A stretch of 64,000 nt of DNA from Octopus vulgaris (Eukaryota): contig OX597826.1 of NCBI GenBank assembly GCA_951406725.2, positions 53,754,001-53,818,000 on the forward strand. The letters run 5' to 3'. The position numbers and the translations under genes are program-made. Below the pieces are notes generated by a model. That model was not told the origin of the DNA. It saw only the letters and a program-made list of their open reading frames with translations, and did not search any database. Below, in pieces: positions 24,651 through 37,306 of the stretch (positions within the stretch are counted from its first letter, which is position 1; every line of letters begins with the position of its first letter).

Positions 24651-24867
24651 TGTCTAACTAAAGTTCACTTCTAAGTCTTTAGTCAACCCAAGGCTATGGT
24701 AAAAAACACTTTAGTCTTTAGTAAACCCAAGGCTATGGTAAAAAATACTTGCTCAAGGTGTCACAATTTCATGGCTTCAAAACTGAACTCCAAACTATGG
24801 AGTTGTGAAGCAAACTTCTTAACCACACAAACATGCCTGTTTAACCTAAGTAGTAATATAATAATAA

Positions 24868-25055
24868 TTGTTTCTAATTTAGGTACAAGGCCATCAATTT
24901 TGAGGGAAATAGGTCATTTTATTTTATCTACAGCAAAAGGATGAAAGGCAAAGTTGACCTTGGCCAAGATCTGAATTCAGAATACAAAGAGCCGGAGGAA
25001 ACGCTTCTAAACATTTTGCCTGACATGCTAACAATTCTGGCAGCTCAATGCCTTT
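24868..25055 (-). mobile_element. SINE family A variant, degenerate
   Basis: AAAGGATGAAAGGCAAAGTTGACCTTGG motif. Confidence 0.7.
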
Positions 25056-25829
25056 AGGAATATTACCGAACAACAACAACGACAACAACGACGACGACGA
25101 CGACAACAACAACAACAACAACAACAACAACAGCAGCAACAATAAATGACTCTTTTAAACTGATAGGTTCTGATGTAACAGAATATTAATAGGACACAAA
25201 AACAATATATTAAATACAGTAGCTGGACCCTTATCCTTAAGTGAACAAGACAAATACATAGATACATCACACATCTATATTATATGGTAACTGTACTTGC
25301 ATCTGTACTCGTCTATGTAGGTGTTTGTGTTTATACTGATAATGTATCTGTGCACACACTGGTGTGTATGTAATTCCGCATGTACGAAGAGGCAGTACAT
25401 ACGCATGTATTTTCAACTGATGCATCTCTTCGGTAGCGTAGTTCTCCGATTGCTGACTAATCTTCATCAACATGATGTAGAAATGATATTATTAATAGTT
25501 AATTGGCCTTTAAATGAACGTAGTAGCTAGATGACATGCTAAGCAGCTAAACACACCATTGCAACAAGGCTATAGCACGCCATACAGCTACATGTCACAA
25601 ACATTCAATAATATATGCAAGAGAACTGTTATGTTGTTATATAGCATGAAATATAAAGCTATCTACATGGAATAGTGGCTGCAGCTACATCAACATTTTG
25701 GTGCTATTCATTATACAACTGCAAGTTCTTTGTTATAAGAAGTGAATATTGGTTAAAGTGTGTGGCATTTATATAATCTATGCAACATTGAAAAAGCAGA
25801 TGTTAATGGCACATAGACTGTTATGCGCT

Positions 25830-25839
25830 CACACATACG

Positions 25840-25897
<58 letters not shown>

Positions 25898-26640
25898 CAT
25901 ACATATACACACATGCACATATACACATGCACACAGATATGTATACACTTTGCATGTAACCACAGATGTATATGCAAAAAATGCACATGCACACACAAAC
26001 ATATATAAGCATATACACTTTACATGCAACTAGAAATATATGAGGAAAGACATACACGCACATAAATACATGTATATCCGCAGACGCATACATAAACTTA
26101 CACACTCACACACAGATACACACACATGCATCTATATGCACACGCATACATATACATACACACACACACACACACACACACATGCATAACAGTATACACT
26201 TTACATACAACCACAAATATATACACAAAGGCACACATGCACATAAACACGTATGTACACAGACACATACATAAACTTACACACATATGCATATATATGC
26301 ACACGCATACATACACACACACACACATGCATAACGGTATACACTTTACATACAACCACAAATATATACGCAGAGGCACATATGCATGTATGTACACAGA
26401 CACTTATATAAACTTACACACTCACACACAGATACACATATATGCATATATATGCACACGCATACATATACACACACATGCATAACGGTATACCCTTTAC
26501 ATAACAACCACAAATATATACGCAAAGGCACACATGCACATAAACATGTATGTACACAGACACATACATAAACTTACACACACACACACACAAACTCATG
26601 CATACACACACACACACACACACACATACACACACGTGCA
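25830..26640. repeat. Cryptic minisatellite within a CA/TA-rich tract
   Basis: Anchor TATACACTTTACATACAACCACAAATATATAC recurs near 25940, 26015, 26193, 26338 and 26488, with variable microsatellite spacers. Confidence 0.75.
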
Positions 26641-27689
26641 CACTGATACTGTCAATTTGCTTCGGAGACAATTGTTGAGCAAGTCAGAAGGGAAGTATTT
26701 AGTTGGTGGGTGGGGGGAGGGGGAGGGGAGGGCAGGTGGAATAGCAAATTCTGCAATAATCTACGCAGACAGCAGAAATAGTGTATTCAAACAGAATCAA
26801 CTCACCTGATTGCAAAAAAAAAATATATATATATTTAAACATTGTAAGCTTTGCAGTTGAGAAACAAAACATGTGTAGGAAAAAATTTCTTACATATTCT
26901 TCAAGTTAACACACACACACACACACACACACACATACGCATACACACAGAGTTAAAACAGCAGTCACATGTCATGGGAATAACAAAGGAAAATGTGACA
27001 AAAGAAAAGAAAGATAGAAAGATTGTAAAAACTAAAACAATATATAATGGTAAGATGGAAAGAGAAAGAAACTGCGTAAAGGAGATAAATTGAATTCTAT
27101 TTGTGGAGTGTTAGTCGTAAGACAATTAGTATTTTCATAATACTTCCTTCACATTTTTACAATGAAAATTGTAAAAAGAAATCCTTTTTTTAAATATGCC
27201 TAAAGTATATCACACAGAAATATAGAATATGGGGTGGGAGGGTGGGGCATCAGATATGAAAAAAAAAAAAATGTATTGCTCCGTCTGTCGTCACCTCTAT
27301 AGCTTACCTCTAAGCTCTACAAAAGGACCTTTTGCAGAGATTGTATTCCGGAAAGGAAATAGCAACCAAAAGACAGAAAAAAAAAAAAAAAAAGTTGGTC
27401 ACCCGGCACTTTACAATAATGCAGTTTAAACAACAGGGAAGACAAGTAAACTAATAACGTAGCAAAAATAAATAAATAGATAAAAAAACAAAAATAAAAA
27501 TGCAAATTTGATCTTATCACCAGCAGCAAGGACTTTTTTTAAAAGAGGGTGTGTGAGTGTATGTGTGTGTGTGTGTGAGTGTGTGTGTGTGTGAGTGTGT
27601 GTGTGTAGCCAGCTTTAGATTCATGGGGAAAAGAGGAAAAAGAAAATGTATGGCGCCAAATTGCAGTCTACACCAACTATAATCATAAT

Positions 27690-28094
27690 AATGGTTTGAA
27701 ATTCTGGCACAAGGCCAGCAATTTCAGGGAGAGGTTAAGTTAATTACATCGGCACCAGTGCTCAACTGGTACTCATTTCATTGACACAGAAAGAACAAAA
27801 GGCAAAGTTGACCTCGGTGGAATTTTGAACTCAGAACATAGCAGCAGACAAAATACTGCAAAGCATTTTACCCAGCATGCTAATGACTACTGGAAGCACA
27901 ATGCTTCAAATTTGAGGGAAGGGATTAAGTTGATTACATCGACCCCAGTGTATAACTGGTACTTATTTAATCGACCCCAAAAGGATGAAAGGCAAAGTCA
28001 ACCTTAGTGGAATTTGAACTTAGAATGTAGCATCAGACAAAATACCACTAAGCATTTTGCTCAGCAAGCTAACGACTCTGCCAGATCACTGCCT
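27690..28094 (-). mobile_element. Two tandem SINE family A variant copies
   Basis: GGCAAAGTTGACCTCGG near 27801 and GGATGAAAGGCAAAGTCAACC near 27983. Confidence 0.75.
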
Positions 28095-28152
<58 letters not shown>

Positions 28153-28596
28153 TCTTTTTTTATTTGCCACAAAGATGATGGAAGAGTAGAAATTACAAGG
28201 ACAAATTACATAAATGGTAGGGGTGTACAAAGAATTGATTATGGAAAAAAAAACCAATAAAAAATAAAAAAATACAACATTATACAAATGGCAGGAAATG
28301 AATTATTCCAATAGGGACTCAATCAACTAGGATCAATCAAGGAACTCCCCCATCCCCATAGATCCAGCATTACTCTAAGTACCAAAGTCAAGTGCTCACT
28401 CACTAGCAGCAATCTTATTTGAACCTGAAGGCAAGGTAGACCCAATCACATGAACCATTCTCATCATGTTAACCAAACTGTCACCAATTTTACCAGAGAG
28501 CAGCACCTCTCGTTCTCTCCCCCCATCACTCTTCTCTCAAAGTAGAATTTGAAGAAAATTTAAGAAAAAAAAAGGTCGTTTGGCAAAAAGCTGAAT

Positions 28597-28826
28597 GCGG
28601 CGATTTGACAGAAACGTTAGCACGCCGGGCGAAATGCGTAGCTGTATTTCGTCTGCCGTTACGTTCTGAGTTCAAATTCCGCCGAGGTCGACTTTGCCTT
28701 TCATCCTTTATGGGTCGGTAAATTAAGTACCAGTTATGCACTAGGGTTGGTGTAATCAACTTAATCCATGTGTCTATCCTTGTTTGTCTTCTCTGTGTTT
28801 AGCCCCTTGTGGGTAGTAGAGAAATA
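28597..28826 (+). mobile_element. SINE family A, full length
   Basis: GGCGATTTGACAGAAACGTTAGCACG head, GAGTTCAAATTCC B-box, central domain and tail. Confidence 0.88.
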
Positions 28827-29149
28827 GAAAAAGCTGAATGCTCATATGTTGTCTTCAATAGGAGAGTCCATCATTATTATTATTAGTAGTAGAAGTAGTA
28901 GTCGCAGCAGCAGCAGCTGCAGCATGTAATTAACTGGAATATAAAGTAACTGCAAAGGGGTGGAAATGGGGAAAAAAAAAAATCAACCATGCACTGTAGA
29001 TAGCCAAAAAAAAAAAACTAAACCATATGAGAATACATATACGGACATGAGAATTGGGGGCTTCAACACACTAGATATTAGCAAGTATTATGAAATACCA
29101 ACAGAAAAAAGGTGGATAAACATATACAAGGAAAGGCCTCAATGAATGT

Positions 29150-29480
29150 CATAGCAGCCATACTTCAATATGTACCAATCTCCACAGACAGAAATATCAA
29201 GGCAAACTGGCCAGATATTAGTCTCCATGATTACCAGGAATGGAAGTGACATCTAATCAAAGGATCAGTGTCAACTGACAATAATTTATCTCTAAAAGAA
29301 ATGAAGGAATTATTCAAATGTAAAGATCTTGGAAGAGATAAAACCAGAATGTGGTTACATGAATCAGAAACCATTCCTCTAATAAGTACGCTGGGAAATA
29401 CTGAAGAAATGTATAGCTAAATACATAACGGAGACACTATGACTTACAAATACACACAGCTTGTAGAAAACAGTGCTGTG
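29150..29480 (+). mobile_element. Dong/R4-clade LINE, restriction-like endonuclease domain relic
   Basis: PISTDRNIKANWPDI...LIKGSVSTDNNLSLKEMKELFKCKDL...RMW...ETIP matches the TDR.I..NRPDI...IDVSVP.D.N...KE.EK..KY.DL...RMW motif. Confidence 0.75.
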
Positions 29481-29603
29481 TAGAAAACACAATAGAAAAT
29501 ACAAAACCAAAATAAAACACTGCACATGCTTAAGGTGCACAGATCTGCACTTTATAGTACTGTGGATACATGATCAAAACACCACAGAAAATAATGATGA
29601 TGA

Positions 29604-29850
29604 TGATAAAGGAGGGAGCTGAGAAGTATATTAAGCAACTCTCTGGTAACTCCAGTCTCTGTGAACTACAAACGATAATCTTGATGGGTACAGCCCATAT
29701 ATTAGGGAAAGCACTTTTCCATCTAAAATGGAATAAATGTGGTGACAATTTTAGCATGCCATAGCCAAACAAAAGTGCTCTTGCTACTCTTGGCCTCTGG
29801 AGGATGCCTGGTACTAAAGCAGCTGAAATAAAGTTATAATGAAAGGAAAC
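29604..29850 (+). mobile_element. Dong/R4 LINE 3' end (second copy)
   Basis: IKEGAEKYIKQLSGNSSLCELQTIILMGTAHILGKAL, then 3' UTR and (AAT)n. Confidence 0.75.
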
Positions 29851-29894
29851 TATAAATGATAATAAAAATAACAATAATAATAATGGGGATGATG

Positions 29895-29942
<48 letters not shown>

Positions 29943-29978
29943 TTTGATGGCATGCACTGCTCTCTCCCACAATAGTAA

Positions 29979-30198
29979 TCTGTAATGGTTATGCCTATAA
30001 TAATTGGTGCATTGGGAACTATAAGCAAAGATATAGATAAATGGTTGAAGGAGACTGGAGTAAAATGTCATGTAGAGCTTCTATAGAAAGTTTGCCTCTT
30101 GGGGACAGGAAAGATTATCAGGAAGGTTCTAACCACTTAAAAGACTATTGAAAGATTGTGGATACCTCAGGTTACATGTAGTAACCTGCTACCCACAT
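29979..30198 (+). mobile_element. Dong/R4 LINE 3' end (third copy)
   Basis: SVMVMPIIIGALGTISKDIDKWLKETGVKCHVELL*KVCLLGTGKIIRKVLTT*. Confidence 0.8.
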
Positions 30199-30199
30199 A

Positions 30200-30445
30200 A
30201 AGGTTGTCATCGGAGCATTGGGTTCAATACCACCCAATTAAAAAAAAAAAAACATCTGAAAACTTTAGAAATATCCTACAATCTAAGTGTATTGCAAAAG
30301 TTGGCATTACTTGGAATTGCATGCACGTTGCGTAAAGTACTGTCTGTCTGAGGTCCTTATTGTGACTTGACAAGCAATTAAAAACCTATGGTAGGCACAA
30401 TATCTTCTATCAACAACCTCACAATATTGTATACTGAGTGACGTC

Positions 30446-30447
<2 letters not shown>
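30200..30447 (+). mobile_element. Dong/R4 LINE 3' end (fourth copy)
   Basis: KVVIGALGSIPPN, frameshift, KHLKTLEISYNLSVLQKLALLGIACTLRKVLSV*; 3' UTR ends in (AAT)n at 30448-30541. Confidence 0.8.
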
Positions 30448-30540
<93 letters not shown>

Positions 30541-30542
<2 letters not shown>

Positions 30543-30755
30543 GCTTCAAATTTTGCCACAAGGACAGCAATTTGAAGGGAGGGGATGAGTCAATTATATC
30601 GACCCCAGGGTTCAACTGGTACTTATTTTAACGACCCTGAGAGGATGAAAGGCAAAGTCGACTTCAATGGAATTTGAACTCAGAACATAGCAATGAGTGA
30701 AATACTGCTAAGCATTTCATTCAGCATGCTAATCATTCTGCCAGCTTGCCACATT
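30541..30755 (-). mobile_element. SINE family A variant
   Basis: GGATGAAAGGCAAAGTCGAC motif; tail shares the long AAT tract. Confidence 0.8.
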
Positions 30756-30998
30756 GCTAATAATAATAATAATACGATGATGATGGTGATTGACGAAGAC
30801 GACGACGATGATGATGATGACGATGATGATGATAGAATTCAAGCAGCAAAGACCTACCGAAATGAAAAGTACCAGTAAAAATGGACACATGATAGTACAT
30901 ATGTCAATTGCGGTAAACAACCATAAAAGCATGGCTTTACATTGCTAGTTCTTTCACAAACTGGATGCTCTATATTCAAATATAAAATGAATTAAAAA

Positions 30999-31550
30999 GG
31001 TTAGGACAGTGGACTCACGGTTGTAGGATTACGGTTTTGATTCCTAGACCAGACGTTGTGAGTGTTTATTGAGCAAAAAAAAATAAAGCTCCATGAGGCT
31101 CCGGCAGGGGATGTTGCCAAACCCTGCTGTACCCTTTCACCATAGGCGCAGCGTGGCTGTGTGGTAAGAAGCTTACTTCCCAACCACATGGTTCCAGGTT
31201 GTCCCACTTTGTGGCACCTTGGGTAAGTGTCTTCTACTATAGCCTCAGGCTGACCAAAGCCTTGTGGGTGGATTTGGTAGACGGAAATTGAAAGAAGCCT
31301 GTCGTATATATATATATATGTGTGTGTGCATGCATGTGTGTATATGTGTGTGTGTGTCAGAGTTTGTCCTACTACCATCACTTGACAACTGATACTGGTG
31401 TGTTTACATCCCTGTAACTTAGCGGTTCAGTGAAATAGATCGATAGAATAAGTACTAGGCTTACAAAGAATAAGTCCTGGGGTGGATTTGTCTAAATAAA
31501 GGCAGTGCTTCAGCATGGCCACAGTCAAATGACTGAATAAGCAAAAGAAA
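30999..31550 (+). mobile_element. SINE family D fragment (to about 31143) followed by a full SINE family B
   Basis: First part matches the 55506 copy (CGTTGTGAGTGTTTATTGAGC, GCTCCGGCAGGGG); family B head begins AGGCGCAGCGTGGCTGTGTGG. Confidence 0.85.
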
Positions 31551-31869
31551 AAATATAAGAAAAAAAATCTATCTCTGGCCTTAAAGAACTGGTTTTGAAC
31601 AGCTGTAGTATAAACTGAAATTAGCAGCAAATACATACATACTGAAAGTGATGCTATATATACATATGCGTATTTGTGTGTGTATGTGAGAGGGGGTGTA
31701 TTTGTGTGTATATGTGTGCATTCCTTTCACTAATGTGAACCGTAGAAAAAAAAATTAACTATAAAACCAGAGCTTAACAAACGAAGTCCCTTGAGAAAGT
31801 TGTTCAGCATCAAATCACTCATGCTGTCAGTAATAGAATGAAAACAGTGATCAGTCTATTTGAAATCTG

Positions 31870-32200
31870 TAATCAATGATGGCAATGTTCACAAATTGTG
31901 ATGTATAATAAATAAATATCAAAGCGATGGGAATAGATACTCAGGAAGAAATGAAGCATGGACAAATGAAAACTATAAATATAAAAGAATACTACAGGTG
32001 CATTAAAGTACTGTATGTACACGAAGAACAGAACCAATCACAACAACAATGAAACTGTACAAATGTTGTAGCTGTCTCAGTAATTAATGATTTCAATATA
32101 ATAATTTAGAAATTAAATGAGCAAAGGAACAAAGATGGCAAAAACAAGGTTTTAGAATACACCACAATCAATCTGATGTAATCAAAAGGAGATGATGCAC
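31870..32200 (+). mobile_element. Very decayed Dong/R4-like post-RT fragment
   Basis: MGIDTQEEMKHGQMKTINIKEYYRCIK...NVVAVSVI...HHNQSDV resembles LGI.....I.H..MK....KEY.RR...N..AVPV...HHPKSDV. Confidence 0.45.
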
Positions 32201-32289
32201 ACAAATATAAGATTATTGAAAAATAATTACGGCCAAACTAAGACCATAATTATGGTTAAATTGCACTCTGTTGATTACAGTGATGATGG

Positions 32290-32580
32290 TTCTAGTTTGA
32301 TCCAGTCAATGGAACAGCCTGCTTGTGAAATTAACATTTAAGCGGCTGAGCACTCCACAGACATGCCTATCCTTAACATAGTTCCCAGGGAAATTCAGTA
32401 TGATACAGAATATGACCAGGCTGGCCCCTTTTTGAAATATGGGTACAGTTCATTTTTTCCAGCAGTGTGAACAAGGGCAATATGAAAGATAGTGTCTTGC
32501 TCAAGGACACAATGCACGGCTGAGAATTGAACTCACAAGCTTATGATTGTGAGCCGAATACCCTAACTACTGAACCACAA
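32290..32580 (-). mobile_element. SINE family E
   Basis: AGTGTCTTGCTCAAGGACACAATG (CORE-like box, reverse strand); GCTGAGCACTCCACAGAC. Confidence 0.8.
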
Positions 32581-32597
32581 TTAAGAAAGTACCTAAT

Positions 32598-32764
32598 AGG
32601 TGCAGGCTTGGTGATGTGATAAGAAGTTTGCTTCCCAACTACATGGTTCTGGGTTCAGTCCCACTGTGTGGCACCTTGGGCAAGTGTCTTCAAGTATAGC
32701 CTTAGGCTAATCAAAGCCTTGTGAGTGGATTGGATTTGGTAGACAGAAACTGAAGATAGCCCAT

Positions 32765-32811
<47 letters not shown>

Positions 32812-33040
32812 TTGTGTCTGTGCGTGAGTGTCTTTGTGTCTGTATTTGTTTCCTCACCAAAGCTTGACATCTGGTGTTTATGTCTCTGTAACTTACCGGT
32901 TTGGTAAAAAGAGACTGATAGAATAAGTACCAGACTTTAAAAAGTAAGACTGGGCTTGATTCATTTAACAAAAGTCCTTCGGGGCAGTACTCTAGCATGG
33001 CCACAGTCAAATGACAAGTAAAAAGACGGATAAAAGATAG
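32598..33040 (+). mobile_element. SINE family B
   Basis: Head, internal (TG)n and tail all present. Confidence 0.85.
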
Positions 33041-33559
33041 AACAGAGCCTTAAAATTTTGGCACAGGGCCAGAAATTTTAGAGGAACGTGAAAGTCGATT
33101 TTATTGACCCCTAGAGCCCAACTGGTATTTATTTAATCAATCTCAAAAGGATGAATGAAAAAGTCTTGGGCAGAATTTAAACACAGAATATAAGGAGATG
33201 GAGGAAATGTTGTTAAGCATATTGTTGGATGTGCTAATGATTTTTGTCAGGAGCATGAAAAATATAAAGAGAAAAAAATTAGGTATAACACAGATGTTAT
33301 ACCTAATTCAAGTAGCTGAGGATAGGAATAACACAAATACATTGAAAAAGTAAAGAAAATACAGCATGAAGTAAAAACTCACAGATGAAATTAAAGAGAG
33401 TTGGTAAAGTAAACTCCCTGCATAGTTAGAATATAGGAACAGTTGAAAAGTAAACTCCTGCATAGTGAGTATCCATAGACAAGGGGATATGACAGAGGTA
33501 AATTGAAAAAGAAGTAAAAGATATAAGTGGTTAAATTGTTTTTTTAATTGTTGTGAGTT

Positions 33560-33890
33560 GGAGGAAAGGGCTTTGCTCATAGCCTTTGCAGGATCTCCAA
33601 AACAGGTGAGAATAATAGTTAATATTCTTCTTGAAAATTACATATTGATGGTTGTAAGTAAAAAAAAAAAGACATGAGTAGGGAGGAACTTCCAGAGTGT
33701 CAATTCTGTAGGAATGAACAACTGGGCAAGGTAGTTAGTGTGGTACATGTAGGGGTGGTCGTAGAAGGCTGTTGAAAGGGGGAAAAGACAATTAAATCAG
33801 GAGTGCTTCAACAGAACTGGAATGAGCTCAGAGTGGAATAAAATCAGCCAGCTCTGAGGAGCAGAGGCCACATAAGCAGCAAGGGACAAA
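33560..33890 (-). mobile_element. Decayed Jockey/CR1-group LINE 3' end
   Basis: Minus strand GLCSSELA...TNYLAQLFIPTELTLWKFLPTHVF resembles G.CS.EL...SFIP.T..LWN.LP..VF. Confidence 0.5.
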
Positions 33891-35089
33891 AAGTGACAGT
33901 CAATAATGCCTATGAACAACTTTGACCATATTATAGCTCAGACTCTCCAGTGAAGTCTAGAATATTCATAGAGGCATATTTATTGCACAATATGCAAACA
34001 TTGTCAAATCAAGAAAGACAACAGCTAGCATAAATACTTGCAAGAAAATGACCAAGTTACAAGACCTGTTAAGAATGATTAAACAAAGCTGTAAGAAAAT
34101 CATAGAAAGCTAACAAAACATTGTTACAAGAAAGCCTGTTTCTACTGCTATCTCAAAGAGTAGAATATTGTTTGGAAGAAGGCTGAGTAATTATCAAAAA
34201 TATATGGAGTTGAAGAATGAGGTGAAATATATGTAGGGATCAATTCAAAGTCTATCTCCAAATTGGAATCTTAGTAATAGTTATAACAACCAGCATGAAT
34301 AAGATTCTTGGTATTATCCACTTCTAAAGAATAAAAGTCTGTCTTGAGCCTAGAGGTTCCTGAATTCAGAGTTTATCTCAATTTCCTTTGCATTTAAGAG
34401 ACTGAAAGTACGAGATTCCTCCCTGAATGATGTGCGAGTTCATTCAAGAGTCAACCTTACTGCATACTTGGTACTAGGGTTCATTTTCAGATGAATGCAC
34501 TCAAGCAATGTGAAATGAAAAGCCTTACTCTAAGAGTGAGACTTCTAACCTAAGAACAACACCATGCATCTTCGCATTTCTTTACTGAAATCCTTCATTC
34601 CTTATTGAACATACACCTTCAATAACTTTTCTCCATTTTTTTCAACTCTGGCCTGTTTTTCTAAGGCTTTGCTCAGCCAGGTCTCATTGGTTTTCAATTG
34701 TCATCAATAGTTTCTGCAACTTTGCTGTTTTCTAGGTAGGGGTGTTGGTTCTTACACAAACCTATTTTTATTTCATAAAAGCTGTGATTCATATTGATCT
34801 GGCCTTTATCCTTTGACCAGTCCAACACGGGAGGCCCTAACAGGAGCTTGTACCCCACTGACATAGCTCTCAGTGTCACTAAGGCACATAAGCCACTACA
34901 ATTCAACAAAGACTGAACCTTTCAGTGGTTTCATATTTATTCAGTTAACTAAGTACACTTGCTAAGTACGGCACATATTTGCTTACAGAGTCTCTTCCAT
35001 ATAATTTGTTTTGCTCTGTTTTGGTGGTTATGATTATACAATTAATAACAATGTAACTGGTTGTTTCTTAACAACCTCCACATATTCTG

Positions 35090-35445
35090 TACTCTTTTAC
35101 TTGTTTCAGTCATTTGACTGTGGTCATGTTGGGGCACTGCCTTTAGTATTTATTCTATCGGTCTATTTTGCTGAACCGCTAAGTTATGGGGACGAAAACA
35201 CACCAGCATCGGTTGTCAAGTCATGCTAGAGGAACAAACACAGACACACAAACATATACACACACACATACATATATACAATGGGCTTCTTTCAGTTTCC
35301 ATCTACCAAACCCACTCACAAGGCTTTGGTCAGCCCGAGACTATAATAGAAGAGACTTGCCCAAGGTGCAACGCAGTGGGACTGAACCTGGAACCATGTG
35401 GTTGGTAAGCAAGCTACTTACCACACAGCCACTCCTATGCCTATA
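35090..35445 (-). mobile_element. SINE family B
   Basis: Match to other family B copies with a small internal deletion. Confidence 0.85.
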
Positions 35446-36249
35446 GTAGTTAATTTTTTTTTTAACTACTTCATTAAATTAGTAGTTTTTAAGTGGGAAG
35501 TTTTAATTAATTAGCATTGCCAACATGCACTAACAGGTACAAGTCAATGAGCTTGCAACTCAGAACCTGGAGAAGCAAGTCAGCATGAAATGGTAGCTTC
35601 TGTTGCTAGACCAAATGCCTTATTAAGGTACTGCGAGTGTGGTTTGGAATAAAAACCAAACATAAAAATAAGGAAAAGATCTTTCTTTGTATGGTTTTTG
35701 GTGAGTGGTTTTGGAAATATATTTTACAAAAGAAGTGTTGCTTGCTGGAGGTTGCTTGCTGGAGGGTGCGTATGTTTCTCTATGTTGTTATTGTGTTATG
35801 TTGAAACAGTTGTTGCTGCTAATTACTTTGTATAGTGATTTTACTGCATGTTTTGTGGTTTACATTCAATACAAATGCCTTCAAGTTTTCTGCTTTTCTT
35901 TGCAAAATAACAAAGAAGATATTGTTTGTTATTTCCTTTTTTTTTGCTGCTTCAAGCTGAATTCTATTTATATTGTGTATTGTATCGGCATGTTATTTTT
36001 GAAACAGTCAGTTTTTAGACAATTTCAGTTGTGTGGTAAGGATTATGATTTTTTTCCATTCTTACTTTATTCTGTCATTTGCAGTGTTAGTATATTCCAG
36101 AAGGATATTTTATAAATATCATGAAATACCATGAAACCACAACAATTGTTTGGAAGGTTCTGTCTTAAGCAGTGTATACCAAGATATTTGTGAGTAGTCA
36201 GAGTTTTGTATTGGGTTCCAGAATTATACCTTTATTATTGCAATGTTTC

Positions 36250-36577
36250 CAGTGTTGCCTTATTGGCACATGTGCTGGTGACATGTGAAAAACAATATAT
36301 TCGAGAGTGGTCATTGCCAGCGCCACCGGACTGGCTCCTGTGCAGGTAGCACGTAAAAATATCTTTTGCGCATGGTCGTTGCCAATTCCACCTAACTGGC
36401 CCTCGTGCCGGTGGCACACAAAAAGCACCCATTACACTCTCGGAGTGGTTGGCATTAGGAAGGGCATCTAGCTGTAGAAACTTTGTCAGATCAGACTGGA
36501 GCCTGGTACAGCCTCTAGCTCACCAGTCTTCAGTCAAACTGCCCAACCCATGCCAGCATGGAAAGCGGACATTAAAC

Positions 36578-36611
<34 letters not shown>
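36250..36611 (+). mobile_element. Family C retroposon
   Basis: AAAAGCACCCATTACACTCTCGGAGTGGTTGGCATTAGGAAGGGCATC...(GAT)n. Confidence 0.85.
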
Positions 36612-36613
<2 letters not shown>

Positions 36614-37087
36614 TATCATGTACAACAGATAAAGTTTTTGTTCTATGATGGAATTTTTAAAGCCATCGATGATATATATCAGTATGTTCAGCTTCTAATG
36701 TGCATGTTGCACATTGGCAACATTGGTGTGATGTATTTTTTGTGATGTGTCTGACGTTTGGCACTTATTTCATTGACCCCCAAAAGGATGACCGGCAAGG
36801 TTGGCCTCAGTGGAATTTGAACTCAGAATGAAAATGTAAGTACAGATGAAATACAGCTGTTTCAGCTGGTGTGGTAACGATACTGCAAGCTCAACATCTT
36901 ATCTCCTTATCAATAACCTTATTAATTGTTGGGATGTATATTATGACAGATATTAAACACAACTGAGTCGCTCATATCTGTGAACCACACAATAAGTCAT
37001 TCAAAAAGTAACGTATGCATTTATAATACGTCAGCTTCACTGAGGCTGCTGACTGGTGAATCACAATAGCAACTACAGAAACTAGAA

Positions 37088-37306
37088 CAGTGCTTTTCAA
37101 CCTTTTTGCTGGAGCGGAACCCCAAGAAAACGTTTCACTGGCTCGAGGAACCCCTGTGCAATAATTTAATTGTCTTATGCACACATATCTGCACAGGAGA
37201 ATTAAAAATTACTGCCGATTTTAGCAGTTTTGTAACTTCTTGCGGAACCCCTGGACTGTACTGATGGAACCCTAAGGTTCCGCAGAACCCTGTTTGAAAA
37301 CCACTG
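37088..37306. mobile_element. hAT (Charlie-like) MITE with perfect target-site duplication
   Basis: TIR CAGTGCTTTTCAA / TTGAAAACCACTG; 8-bp TSD AACTAGAA at 37080-37087 and 37307-37314; subterminal GGAACCC repeats. Confidence 0.92.

Noticed and set aside
34790-34900. Resemblance to the 5' region of RTE elements, which can carry HDV-like ribozymes
   Set aside because: Too degenerate to fold a double pseudoknot by eye; not annotated.
35705-36115. 136-aa hydrophobic ORF
   Set aside because: T-rich low-complexity sequence, non-ATG start, no recognisable domain or splice context.
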